A DNA stretch of 63,676 nt, counting the filler, from Choristocarpus tenellus KU-1152 (lineage: Eukaryota > Protista > Phaeophyceae): the NCBI GenBank assembly GCA_964200185.2. It is 8 parts of 8 records of this genome, joined end to end, with 100 filler letters (N's around TTAATTAATTAA, not from the genome) between each part and the next. Parts side by side here need not be neighbours in the genome. Positions count along the whole stretch, not along the records: positions 1 to 6,704 come from CAXNAD020007523.1; positions 6,805 to 12,040 come from CAXNAD020011399.1; positions 12,141 to 23,456 come from CAXNAD020002387.1; 5 more parts are not named here. The stretch is one strand, 5' to 3'. The translations under genes and the position numbers were made by a program. This document shows, one piece after another, positions 1 through 12,329 of this stretch (position 1 is its first letter; the number at the start of each line of letters is the position of its first letter). The notes below the pieces were generated by a model that saw only the letters and a program-made list of their open reading frames with translations, searched no databases and had not been told where the DNA came from.

Positions 1-299
1 TTGGCCAAAACGGCCGCCCCCCCACAAACCACCCCCCCCCCCCCCATGATACTTTGACCCATAATAGGTGGGGCTCTCTTAGTCACTAAGGCGCCAACAT
101 CCGATCTATCTGGTGACTTCCCGATTCACATGCATACAAATCTTAGTATTGCTAACAATTACGCCTTTTTCTTTCTTTCGGGTTTGTCGGGTAGAGGGGA
201 AAACCAAGACACATACTACATGACAAGGACTACTGTAGATAAAACCAATGGCTGTCTTCAATGCGAGGAAACCTCCTAAAATATGCACTATTTGGACAC

Positions 300-525
300 T
301 AACAACAGAAGAATGCCCCCTTGAATATTACTTTATGCTAAGAATGTGTACACTGACATGGTTGAAACCTAGCTCAGACCTACAAAGAAAGATGGGCGAG
401 AACCTAGGGAAGCTTCCCATGACTCTTTCAGGCCCCTTCTTGTCCACCTCCTGCCCAGTGTCTCTACCTTAGAACGAAGGGCGAATGTTGAGAGAGCCGC
501 TTGTGCAGTCACGGACACGATCTCT
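300..525 (-). mobile_element. CRE-like element 3' fragment
   Basis: IVSVTAQAALS...RRGLKESWEASL, homologous to the 3' end of the 43371-45049 copy. Confidence 0.65.
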
Positions 526-639
526 TCCATTGATTGGCCAATTCCGGACCAAGAAATCGTCTGTGGGTGGAGCGATATGACGCTATGATATTTTGAACGG
601 ACACGGTACCAACATTCCAACAAACATGACCAAAATTTC

Positions 640-1325
640 AGAGGACACAACAATAATAATATTTGGAGTCGTAACCACAACATCTTCACGTTGGAAAGTT
701 TTGGGTGCCTTGACAAGCAAGTGGAACGTTTCCTGGATGAGGTAGCTACACACACACGTGGTAGGGGGGAGAGGAACTGGAGGCTACAGCAAAAAAGGAG
801 CCGTGTCAGATCCCGCCTACACTACTAGATAGTTTCAGTCACAACGCAAGTGGCCCTATCTAGATGGGTCATGCGTTTGAAGCTGGAGTCACCAGGGAGA
901 TAGGCAAGGAGGGGTTTGTTAGATTCTTGGGATGCTTCCCCAGCTCCTCACCCTGGAGTGCAGGAACGGGTTTGAGACACAAGAAGGTAGTAGTACAACA
1001 AAGAAAGTAGTAAAATCGGAAATAACATTTTACACTTTTGTGACAGCTGTTACTTCCTTCGGGATTTTTCAGACATGTGAACAGCTTTCATCAGTTTTTC
1101 CCCTGGCGCATGTGAAATGAATGTCCAAGGGCATAATAATATTTCAAAATATGAAATAAATAACAACACTTGACACATCTGTAAAATGCATTTTTATTAT
1201 TATGCTCTCTGACATTTTGGAGACGTGTCACAGGCAGAATCAACAAAAACTATTTACACGTCAGAATAAACCCTAAGGAAGCAACACTTGTCATAAGTGT
1301 GAAATGTCAGAAAGCATAATAATAT
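640..1325 (+). mobile_element. CRE-like element 3' fragment plus additional 3' UTR pieces in both orientations
   Basis: FTLESFGCLDKQVERFLDEVATH...IVSVTTQVALSR, then the 3' UTR ending GGGCATAATAAT at ~1140. An inverted UTR piece lies at ~1195-1305. Confidence 0.75.
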
Positions 1326-2658
1326 AATAATAAATACATGGCCAACGAGTCATGTCGTACTGTCCACTAAACCGAAACTAACTCAATTTAGAACAGGAAA
1401 TGACCTCAAAGGAAACATTAGCGCCACCAATAGAATTCACCATTCGTATGATAAAAATCCCTCTAGTTTCGATTCAGTCAGTGAAACCGTTCCACACAAA
1501 TTACTAGAGCAAAAGTTATAAACGTGGTGACAATAAGCATACCAAACCGGGCAGGTAGCTCACTATCCAGGTAGAAACACTTTGCCTCATCGGAGTAAAG
1601 CTATAGAGTACCTGTTGCAGCTTCCGAGATCGGCGAGCTGGTAAGGAGTGATTGTCGTCAGGCTTACCTGGTAGCGATGCCTCAACAAGGCGGTGGCCGA
1701 ACCAGCGGAAGACTGCGCCCCCACAGGTGCCGTACTCTGCCCAATACAGAATGCCCAACGAAGACAATGCCACCAAAATGATTATGCCCATTTCATAGTA
1801 CATAGTCGCCTACTCATACATGGTTCATGATCTCAAAAACTCTCTGTCAGGGCAAGTGAAGCTTCCGACCAAGGCAGTCGCCCAGGTATGCCCGTGTGTA
1901 CGCCCTCATCTTTCCCCTCCAGCCTGGATAAACAGAGGATCCACGGTGGGGACACGAGAGGGACTGCTGGGACGATACTGTCGGTTCCCACTAGCCCTCC
2001 TGAGAAGGATGGACGCCATGACGGCGAAGAGGCCATGAGGTGAGGTCGTGAGAGTGGTCAAATGTTTGCCTGACTGTTCTCTGGTACATGTGCTTCTAGT
2101 CAGTAGATCTATCTTCATGTGAAGAGTAGAGGCACACGATCCCATGCCTATGCCAGAGCACTAGATCATTTCCTGTTATTAAGCCCATCGGGTAGGATTG
2201 TAAGTCCCATCCTGTTTTACGTTCCACTTTCGTCAGCCCTGCTCTTAACTGCTGCCATACCAAACAGTTACTTAATCCCTCTCAAACCATCACCATCATT
2301 AGAGGTAACCACCACACGCCGAGCTCAAGCGTGCTGCCTCTGATCCCATTGCTTCAAATAATGAATGGTTTCTTCTCTGTTATCCACACAAACTGTCAGG
2401 CGATGGAGGGCTTCCGAAATATCCACCTTGAGCCACTACAATGAGGTGCAGATGCGTTCTCGGGGTTTCGTCAAGGAATCCACAGGAGGTACAATGTTTT
2501 TTCACGAAATCAAGAGCGGATGCCGCGGTCTTGTGGTGGACAACTCAGCAACTGCCCTGGGAGATGGGGACGTGTGCACAGCCACCGTGCTCAAGAGCAC
2601 AAGAATGTGAGAGACCATTGCGGATTCTGGTAGTGTGTTCACAACTCCTAACTCTTAT

Positions 2659-2923
2659 GAGCCAAGGTATCTTAGAGGGCAGAGCTGCGTCCATTTGAGG
2701 GCCAAAATCCAATTTTGCGATTTCGATGTAATTTTGGCTGTCGTGTTTGTTAGGAATTAATTGTCAATATTCTTGTTCCGGATACAACTTTTAATGACGT
2801 ATACATTTTACCTACTTCTCGGAAATATTTTGGAGTAGGAAAATGTCATAAGAACCTCGAGGGAAGCCTAGTCCTAAATGGACAAACAGGGCAAAACTCG
2901 TACCCTCTAAGATACTTTCGCTC
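2659..2923 (+). mobile_element. MITE family B (~260 bp)
   Basis: TIR GAGCCAA(G)GTATCTTAGAGGG / CCCTCTAAGATACTTTCGCTC; internal CCTACT..GGAGTAGG hairpin; flanks TAT/TGT. Confidence 0.9.
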
Positions 2924-3343
2924 TGTACAAGTAGCAGCAATCTCTTCTCTGTCTAGTCCATTGTCTCCTGACAAGTCTCAGTATGTTAGTTGTATTATAT
3001 TGCTATCAAGAGTTGCAGTGGTGGTTGAAGAGGGAGACTGGTTGATGTAGAGCCTGCACAATGTAGATGCAGTCCATTTTGGCAAGCACTACTAATATGT
3101 CTCAGATACATCAGGATACCAGCCCCTGTGAGTATGACCACATCGACCTTTACTCCAGTGCCTTGTGCTGCAGATTCATATCACATGGTCCTTACAATAT
3201 GAAGTCAGGGTAGTGGCGTATACTACAGTAGTAGGTAAAGAATCACTCATGAAAACAGAGCAGTCTTTACCTTTTTTGCACATGTCTCCAGTTATATCTT
3301 ACACTTTCCCCCCCATACCCTCCCCCTTGAACAAAAGTCCCAG

Positions 3344-5008
3344 AATTCAGCCAATCGCCATTGAGCTCAAGAGGGTGGGTCCACTGAGGAGGAAATCTCG
3401 AGCATCTCTTGACAGGCCTCTTCCCACTCTGGGGTCCACAGCAGACTTTGCAAGAGCAAGTGGGCAAAGTGGGAGGGAAGGGGTCATGAGAGAGATCGTG
3501 ACCCCTCCAGCAGAACCATCACCAGGTCCCCAGTCCACCCTTGCTGCTGGACCCCGCAGTGGCAGGATTGTCAACTCCTCCGTCAAGGGCAACCTAGGTG
3601 TCGTAGACTCTACAGACCCTGGCACTGTCAGTGTGCAGGAGGTGCCGAGGCCTGTGCCACATTCCGGGGGAGTACTTTCTGTCAGCAAAGTCTTGTGGGG
3701 GCTTGGACTGACTAATCTTCTAGTTATCCTCGGTATGTGGGGGATTTTTTCTCCAGGTGCAGGAACCACCAAGACAAGCATCGATCCACTGAAGGTGGGT
3801 AATCCCCATTGGCGTACTGACCAACCATGCTGCCCAACTTGTCTGCCCAATACCTTCTTACCACAGCCACTCACAAAGGTCAAAAAAGGTAATACAAGGT
3901 ACTTCGATCTCTCTTTCAATATATAGCAGCTTCCCATTTGAGCTTAAGGGCTACACTTGAGCACGTGATGCCCTAGTGGTATATACTCTCGCCCCCAGCA
4001 TCTGATCCGCACGTGTTCATGAGTACCATTTGATGCTGCACCGTAGTGCTTCCATTTCCTCGACCCCTGGTTCAAGGTCCGTCATGCCTCACCCTAAATA
4101 TCATGCTACCTGGAAAACCAATATGGGAAATGAACAGATTGAACAGGTGTTTCAAGGGTTGATTCCTCTGCATGCTTGTATTGCCGCTGTGCCCACCTGG
4201 CTTACCATATATTCTCTCCTCCTAATGTTCTTCTCACTGCCCCTCTCACTGCCCTCCTCCACCACACTCCGACTGCCAGATCCTACGGTGGCAACCAACT
4301 GATAAGTTGGAGGTTGACACCCCATTTCAAGTTGCAACATACCGATCACCGTGTGGGAGTGGTAATAATCAACACCTCTGCCGAGCAAGACTTTATCCCA
4401 AAACTCGGGTACTCGTGCCTGGCGAGTTCCTCATGGCCAATGAGGGACACAACGATTCATCACACAACAAAGTAACAGCAGGAGCAGGGGAAAAGGAGGG
4501 TACAACGGACACAAGTTCCCCCTCAGGGGGTACCATACTATGGGTAGTTGAGGGTGGGGGACTCATGTCCTGCCAAGGCTGTGACCCCACAGTCCCTGGA
4601 TCAGGGGCTGCCACCTTCCTTGTGCCTCCGCCACCCCCTGTCATGGAGGAGCACCCAAACCAACGCTTCGAGGTGCAGGGTGAATTTCCTGGAAAGGGAA
4701 GGGGCTCGAGGTCACCCTCATTGGGAAAACATGACCAAAGGAGGGAGGCCGAGATTGTGAAGAAGGATGAGACTGTCAGGGCTGAGCTCACTCCGTTTGC
4801 ATCAGTGAAGGGGGGTCGCCTCTTCATTGGTGCCAGAGGCACTGCATACTATAAGAGTCCACACCATCGCGGTTGGTTGTGGGACAAGCTCAGGAACTCA
4901 AGTGATATCAATGCAGCCACTTTGGAAATCACACCAGACGAGACTGTTCGGGTAGTCACACCCAAAGGAAAAATCCTCTGGGAGTCGGTCAAGCCCAGAG
5001 TTATATAG
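3344..5008 (+). CDS. Partial spliced gene: single-pass membrane protein with C-terminal bulb-type (B-)lectin-like domain
   Basis: Exon ~3344-3798 encodes a low-complexity region and a hydrophobic helix (VLWGLGLTNLLVILGMWGIFS), ending at a phase-1 donor GG|GTAATC. Terminal exon 4332-5008 (acceptor ttcaag|, phase 1) has B-lectin-like LYPKTRVLVPGEFL ... ATLEITPDETVRVVTPKGKILWES and a TAG stop. The 5' boundary is uncertain. Confidence 0.6.
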
Positions 5009-5249
5009 CAGGGGGGGGGGAGTTTTTGTGTCGTTTCTTTTGGGTTGTACCCATTTGTTCATGATTATCATCATTATATTATCATTATTATTTTGTGTGT
5101 GTGTATGTGTAACAGAGAGAGAGAGAGGGAGAGTCGACTGGTATGGATGGAGGCTGTGGAACATTGCAGGTGCATGTAGTTATGGTTATGGTTTAGTCTG
5201 CTGTTACCAAACAAGTTGCACAGGTACAACAAGAAACGTCTATACCATC

Positions 5250-6300
5250 CCCTTGACAGTTGTATTACAAATCTCCCCCAAGGTTTGGCGTGGTCTACTA
5301 ATGCCTTGATTGAGGTGGGTAACTCACCATCTCCACAAATAGATTTGTACATGATAAGAAATAACTTGCAGCATGCACCACTTCTATTAGGATGGATAGA
5401 TCAGACCGAACAGAGTACACCCTCAAGCCTCAGAGTTCCAAATGCTCTAGCAACAGGTCACTGCAAAGCAAACCAGGGCGTCTCAGAGCTGTTGTTAAGA
5501 GGAAATACTTTGGATCTGGTCTTCTTGATCGTACGAATTCTCCAGAAGAATTGAAAATATGTGGCTTCTTAGATGAACTATGATCTCAAATAGGAGATAG
5601 ATAGTCTGTTTTCCCACCTTAGAACCTAAGATGACAGCCTTCCAGCGACCTCCATGGTGACAATTTTGATATTTTCCTCATCAAAAATAGTGCAATTTGT
5701 TTTGATGGCATTTGAGTCCTTGTGGGATAACATGTAAATATAGTCCACTACTTCAGCCAGAAGAGTTTATGGAATGAAATCTATTTATATAATTTATCGT
5801 TAATCCTGTCTGGTTGAGTTAGAGCTTTCTAACGATACGTAGGTCAATGTGTTTTTGTGTAACATACCAATCTTTGACAATAATCCAATATGTGTTGTTT
5901 GGTGCAGTGTTGCCTATATCATTCGACCAGACATGTTTTTCAGTATCACAAAAAGGATACACGACCCATGTTGTTTACAATACTAGTTAAGAACCAGAGT
6001 ACTTAAGAGGCAGGCAAGGTTGCATTTTAAGGATCTCGAGAAATGTCAAAAAGACGTCAGTTTGTACAATTGCAGAAGGAACGTTAGCCGAATTGTGTTG
6101 TCATTTTGTGTGTGGAAAGAGGGAATATCAATTTTGTGTCCACTATCGTCCACATCAATTAACGAAATAGGTTATATCGCACAGGACAGCAAAGGTGTCT
6201 TAGAATGCAAAAGGGTCCAAACTTGCCTACCTCTAAATTACTTTGGCCCTTAAGAATGGCGTAAACGAAATGAGACAGAAACAAGTTTGCTTGGAACTGA
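5250..6300 (-). mobile_element. Possible PIF/Harbinger transposase remnant
   Basis: VARAFGTLR...GACCKL at ~5360-5460 resembles the DDE_Tnp_4 C-terminal VERAFGxLK...ACCxLHN motif. The rest is unrecognisable. Confidence 0.3.
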
Positions 6301-6512
6301 TGAACAACAAAATCATTATATCTTTTGTCATGCTATAAAATTCTCACTCACCATGTAGATCACCTTGATGACACTACTTTAGTGCAAGTGCTGTTGCCCT
6401 GCTTCTCATGAGCTCTTGTATGACAAATCTGGAGTTTATTGGATAGGCCAGGCTGGCTTTTGACTTGTTAAGATGTCTAATCTTGGGGAAATGTTTAGCT
6501 ATGACAGGTGCA

Positions 6513-6690
6513 GGCTCAAAGTGTCTGGGGGCCCTGGCGGATGTCCATTGGGGACAGTATATTCCATATCGCGATTTTTGGGTGATTTGGTTGTGTACGT
6601 CGGATGGATAATGTAATGCACGTTTCCTGGTATGGTCCAAAGGGACACCCTGGTGTAGACCCCCCCCCCCCCCCCCCCCCCCCCCGAAGA
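6513..6690 (-). mobile_element. MITE family C (~180 bp), running into poly-C at contig end
   Basis: GGCTCAAAGTGTCTGGGG end and family C body. Confidence 0.82.
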
Positions 6691-6704
6691 GGGTGGGTTG
6701 GGTT

Positions 6705-6804
6705 NNNNNNNNNNNNNNNNNNNNNNNNNNNNNNNNNNNNNNNNNNNNTTAATTAATTAANNNNNNNNNNNNNNNNNNNNNNNNNNNNNNNNNNNNNNNN
6801 NNNN
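6705..6804. other. Artificial contig linker (N44-TTAATTAATTAA-N44); also at 12041-12140, 23457-23556, 33284-33383, 43259-43358, 48378-48477 and 58143-58242
   Basis: Identical 100-bp block with stop codons in all six frames. Confidence 0.98.
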
Positions 6805-8620
6805 AACACAAACAGCACTAGCTGTATTTGTGTCCAGATGGTGTTTTAAATTCAAAAAAGGGAGGGGGGGGGGGGGGGGGGGGGGTAAGAGACATATCGA
6901 GAAAAACGGATCATAGTGGCATTAGGTTCATGGTCAAAAAGCCAGGTATGGGGGAAAAAGAGGTAACTCCATGATTATGTATGTGGTGGGAACAATGGAT
7001 GACAAATGCATGCAGGCTTTCATTGTGATCGCCCTCCAGATCTATCTCATAAAAGGTACACCTTACTACTGTATCAGTCCTAAGGCATCCAATTTCCCAA
7101 GCAAAACACCTGTAGTGTGCACAAGATGGGGATATGGTGAGGGGGGACTTTAAAAAGTGATAGTTACATAATTAATGAACAGTGTGCAAGTGCTTAACTT
7201 CTCTGTTACCATAAACACTTTCGAAGGGTAACAGAAGTGACAGTTTCATCATTATCTAATAGCACACACACAGATAACTTTCTAATTCACAAAACTGTCA
7301 AAACCATGAGTTGACTGCATGCTTGAAACAACAAGACTTTCTATTGCTGTAGTGCAAACTGTATGTGATGCATGCCATACATTTATGTGCCCTGCACTCT
7401 AGCATACTATCAAGTAAAGAGTAGATAGTACTCTTGATTTAAGTGCATTCACACCAGAACACCAAACTAACTCCAGATCGCATGCATCAATACATCCTTC
7501 TGTGTGTGGGAACACCAAAATCCTTTACAAGACAAAAGCCTCGGCCTACAGCTCATAAATAAAACGCCTTCCAAAGTAGCAAAATGTATGAACAGTACTC
7601 ATACACTTTATGCTCTCTCTCCTTGCCACACCAGAGTCCCGCCCCCCCCACCACACACACTTGTTCACTACAGATCAATGTAGCCACTGGAATTACCATG
7701 ACACCAAGCATACATTTATATATACATACACTAATCACAGAGAGAAACCAATTGTAATCCCAGCCTTGGTAAGGCATTTCCAAGCACTGCAATAATGTAC
7801 ACTGCCTCTATTCTTACAACACTACTACATCTCAAATAGAGATACATACTGTACTCCAGTAGCTCACTCTAGACAGCACTTGTCTAAGGGAAAAACCTTC
7901 CTGAGCACTGCAACAATGTACTCACAGAAATCAAAGAATCACAGACATGAGATTTGCCCTGACAAAACACGACCTCGTGGTGAGCCCTTACAATTAATTA
8001 TCTCCCATTCTAGTATTCAATCAAAGTATTCTAACCAACACTTTTAACTTCACAATATCGTAACCATTGAAGCTAAACCAGTTTTTAAAAAACTCCAAGA
8101 AAGTTAGCCCTTAGGAGTGCCATATTAGTGCATCTGCTATAAACATGCGTGAGAATAGCTAGGAAGCCACATCATGAAAGGCATCCTCAAACCATCACAC
8201 TCGATCCAGCCAATCCCAAGGAAATAATTCCCCACCTACACCTGTCTTCTCTCCCTTCATCCTTCAATTCACCTCCCCTTTCTTTTCACTACAAATGATA
8301 ATAAAAAACCACCAAGAGCCACCTGCCCATTCTAAACCTCACGAACTGCTTCCTTGCTTTCCTCTCGTGGACAAAACCCTCATCACCACAATAGACGCAT
8401 GTCTCCATGAACTCGGTCGTGCTACCAGCTTTGTGAACAAACAGGCTTCAGAGACACCCAACGCATTCTAACGTACATCCTGTAGACAAGCACGGCATAA
8501 TCCTTCAAGTCCAACCAAAAACGTTACCCCTCTTGATTGATTTATTCCCCCCAGAATACAAACAATAAAACGGTTGCCTGCATTTGTTATTTGCAGGACA
8601 TGTCGAACAAGAAAACGCAC

Positions 8621-9612
8621 CTGCATGTCCCTCTTTAGCTTACGGGGGTCAGGCGGGTAGACCGGCACCGCAATCACCCCTGCCCTTATGCATGCCACAA
8701 AGGCGATAATAAAGTGCAGGGACGGTGGGTATACCAGTAGTACCCGGTCACCGGGAGCGACAGGGGGCTGATTCCCTCCTCCAGAACCTGAGAGGAGGGA
8801 AGCTGCCAGGGATCTGGTTCGGTCATCCAGTTCCTTGTATGTAACCCTGTCCGACGTCTCTCGGCCGGCATCATCAAGGTACGTCCAGAGGCGCTGTCAT
8901 TGAAAAGAAGAAGGGCGCTCTTTCATTGGCAGTTTGGCATAGGGGATTGGTGAGGTCTGCGTGAGGTGAATCATTGGATCTATCTGCAGTTATCAAGGAA
9001 TGGGGGGGTCACCAAGGACTGACCCCACGCCCTACCTATCCCAAATGTTTATCTTTAAGTGTCCAAGGATGAGGTAGAGGATGTAATAGAATGTTAAAGG
9101 AACGGACAATTGAAAAAAAAAATGGATTCTGGTTCATAGGAAAGATAGCGTATTTTGCTACACTCGGCTCAAGAAGCCCGAGACTAGTCCAAAACACACT
9201 GGGGGCGGGTGGAGAATGCGAAAATGAAACGGTTGAGATGTGGAGAGCTACAGCTTAGTTGGTGTGCACTCTACCCCGTCCACCTGGACAAAAAGGTGAT
9301 GCGATCATCGACCATGCAGCTACGCATGGTCAGTGAGGTGCATGAAAAGTCCACAGCTCACGCAAAGGGGACCTACATTCATATTACTCAACTATACACA
9401 CCATTCAGTACATGCACTTCGCTTGCGAGAGGTGAGCCGGATACCTCAGATTCAAAATGTAAGAATTCTTGTTTGATCCCTCTCAACCATATCCCATTCA
9501 CAATTCAGAAAAGGTGCAGGAAATGAGATCTCACCTTATGCGGATGCTTATCCACCCATTTTACCAGGACCTCGGGTAGAGTCTGGTTGAGACCATCCTC
9601 CATGGTGCACAT
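8621..9612 (-). CDS. Fatty acyl-AMP ligase (FAAL)-type adenylate-forming domain protein, 5' exons
   Basis: Exon1 9612-9535 (MCTMEDGLNQTLPEVLVKWVDKHPHK|GTGAG) joins in phase 0 to exon2 8893-8621 (RLWTYLDDAGRETSDRVTYKELDDRTRSLAASLL...PGDRVLLVYPPSLHFIIAFVACIRAGVIAVPVYPPDPRKLKRDMQ|GT). This is the typical FAAL N-terminus. Later exons were not found before the contig end. Confidence 0.88.
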
Positions 9613-10219
9613 TCTCCACTGATACGATAGATCCTTCCTCCGTCGATCCTTGCTTTGCTTTCGCTCTTCCTTTTACCCCTTTCAACCCCCCCCCTAGTCG
9701 CAGGGTTGGTCTGCTGATGCTACCTGACTTTGAAGCCAGGCTGAGCGATAAGTTAGCTGAGCAATTTCGGATCTTGCCAACTCTGGGCGTGATGGTGTTG
9801 GTGTTCAACCAACGCGAACTCACAGAGCAGAATCCAGAAAGTGGAACATGTTGACTAAAAATAGTACAGTATTAGTATTCTCTTGGTCAGAGAATCCAGA
9901 ATTAAGACGCGCGAGTCCTTGCCAATCGCGCGCGTTTGAAGAGTGTCTATTTTGGTGGGTGGAAACTATGAACATCTACATAGTCAGTTTGTCTGCTGCT
10001 GCAGCATATCTTGGCACTGCTCCTGTACCCTGTAAAGTCTGCCTTCATAGTTTTGTTCTTTGGCGCTCAGCTTGTTGACCGTAGAGGTGAGAAATTGACA
10101 ACCGTCGCACTATACTGTTGGCATCGATAGGGTCTCAACTCTCTACCTGAACCTGTTTTTGTGTCTACTACTTGTGTGTGATTCGTGTATCCTGCCTCGC
10201 ATTGGGATAGAAGAAGAAG

Positions 10220-11644
10220 ATGTTTGCCAACAATGTACGCAGGGGAGCGATGAGATTGGGTGTTACTTCTGCACGCACCTTGATCAGGCCTGCCTGCGCA
10301 GCTACGGTCACGGGGTAAGTAGGCTTTCATGTCAATAATCCAGTGATGGTCGCTCCTAGATTAGTGTGTGAGAAGAACAAGTAAAAGGTGCGACAGGTAT
10401 ACTGAGCACCGCCTACCTTACATGACCTATCGATTGCAGACTCTACACTAGTTACAATGTAAATGCCATATATAACTACTGCATCCCGCCATATGACCCA
10501 ACTGTCCATGGTTCATGTTTACTCGTAATACTGAAGTGGCGGGGTATTTCAACGGACCGTTGCTATATTGAAAATTGTTGCACCAACAGCACTCGTTGGA
10601 AGTCATACTCTTCACATGCCTCTTCTTATCCACCTCCTTGGATTGGTGTATCTCTCTTCACCCATTAGAGAAAGTCAGGTTTTACCAGGTGCAATGACGA
10701 CAGCAAAGATTATTGTGGGAATTGCATGAAATCCTGCCGATCACCCTGTCTCCTTGCCACGCTGCTTGATTGTGCAGGCTACGGAAGTGCCCCTCAGTTT
10801 CTGTAGCTAATGTTGCACCCATATTTGCTGCTACCCAGGCGAGGAGCCTCCATGCGTCAGGAGAAGATAGCGAGATCTAGTGAGTGCTCGTTAAACCATA
10901 TTCATCTTTCCCGACCACCCTGTTCCTCACCCCTAACGAATCCAAAGCAATCCATATTGAACGATAGTCTGGACAGGGGGGAATAGTTGGTTAGATGTAG
11001 GCATTGCCTGGGCACCTCCAAATTTTGATCTTAGGAGTGTACTATACCTTTATGGGCGGAGGCGATCATGATCATTACACACCATGATTTATTTTGGTAT
11101 ATTAGTGTAAACCTTTAATCAACCACCTTCAGTCACCACAGACAAGATTCGTGGTGATGCCAACCCTGAATGGAACAAATCGGTTTGTGCCACCTCTGTG
11201 ACTCAAGTAAAATATCCGGAAACCCAAGTGTTGGGAGGAGATCGGTAATAAAATTGGACGGGCAGGGGGGGTTTTATGACATTACAACTATGTCGTTGTG
11301 AAAGTGTATTTTGTTGCACATGAAGATACCACATGGATTGAAGCTTGTCGTCGAAACCACATATGTTCCCGATTTGGAACATCTCATGTTACAGTGACGT
11401 CTTCTCCTCCATTTCGCGTGCGACCCCAGGCACCCCCGCTAGTCTTTCTGAATCAAACACGCCTCTTCGCAACTCCGATCTCTCTTCACCTCTGTTGCGG
11501 TTGGCCAGCTACCCTGCCTCCTCTGCCACCATCCAGGAACCAGCGCCAGGCTTCATGGCCAAGGCTGTTGTGGATGGGGAGATTGTGGACATCAGCACGG
11601 AGGACTACAAGGGTAAGTGGGTGGTGCTTCTCTTCTATCCCAAG
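10220..11644 (+). CDS. Typical 2-Cys peroxiredoxin (AhpC/Prx1 family) with mitochondrial-type presequence, 5' exons
   Basis: Exons 10220-10314, 10778-10879 and 11395-11644 have GT-AG boundaries and matching phases (2,2,0). Translation: MFANNVRRGAMRLGVTSARTLIRP...ARSLHAS...ATIQEPAPGFMAKAVVDGEIVDISTEDYKGKWVVLLFYPK. Truncated before the DFTFVCPTE motif. Confidence 0.92.
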
Positions 11645-12329
11645 GTGAGGTTCACAAAGAAGGTTTTATTTACGTGAGGATAGGGTTAGGGTTAGGGTTA
11701 TGCAGTGTATTGGCACGAACCGCTGAGGCGTGCTACGCTTGTTGGGGTTAGGGTTATACAGCTTCGGGAGTGGGAATTGAAAAGGGGTTTAGTATCTCAA
11801 GAGGCGGTTATCAAGGAAAGTGTAGTTCTTGGCTGATATTAGGCGTGCCAATGGAAGAGTTGATTCCTTTTCAGTGTTCTGAAGAGTTAAACGGCAGTCC
11901 CCTGGAACAAAAAAAAAATGAGATTCCTGTAGAATGTGAAAGTTGAGACCGTTTTGCTTGGTTTTCCGGGGGGGGGGGGTCTTCGAGTTTGTATCCGCGT
12001 AGCTTGCTGCTGAATGAGAAATATGACCCCGCGGACAAGGNNNNNNNNNNNNNNNNNNNNNNNNNNNNNNNNNNNNNNNNNNNNTTAATTAATTAANNNN
12101 NNNNNNNNNNNNNNNNNNNNNNNNNNNNNNNNNNNNNNNNTGAACAAGGAGTAATCTCTCCAGTTTGAAGAGTCTCGGTAGGACCTCCATGTTACAGGCG
12201 CCCCTCAATATAAACACTTCCGCAGTTGTAGAATGCACAGAATGATTGCAGTAGGTGGGAAACGACACTCCAGAAGTCAAACGTTTAACACAGGAATATT
12301 TTGTTCACTTGATATGTAAGCAGGCGAAA

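Noticed and set aside
2659-2923. Assigning MITEs B/C/G to RAG/Transib, piggyBac or Harbinger
   Set aside because: No CAC termini or 5-bp TSD, no TTAA target, and TSDs are not restricted to TWA. Only the asymmetry is analogous.
3347-3937. 196-aa minus-strand ORF
   Set aside because: Antisense shadow of the plus-strand exon, which has splice sites and a TM helix.
6705-6804. Recurring TTAATTAATTAA palindrome flanked by Ns
   Set aside because: Artificial six-frame-stop linker; adjacency across it has no biological meaning.
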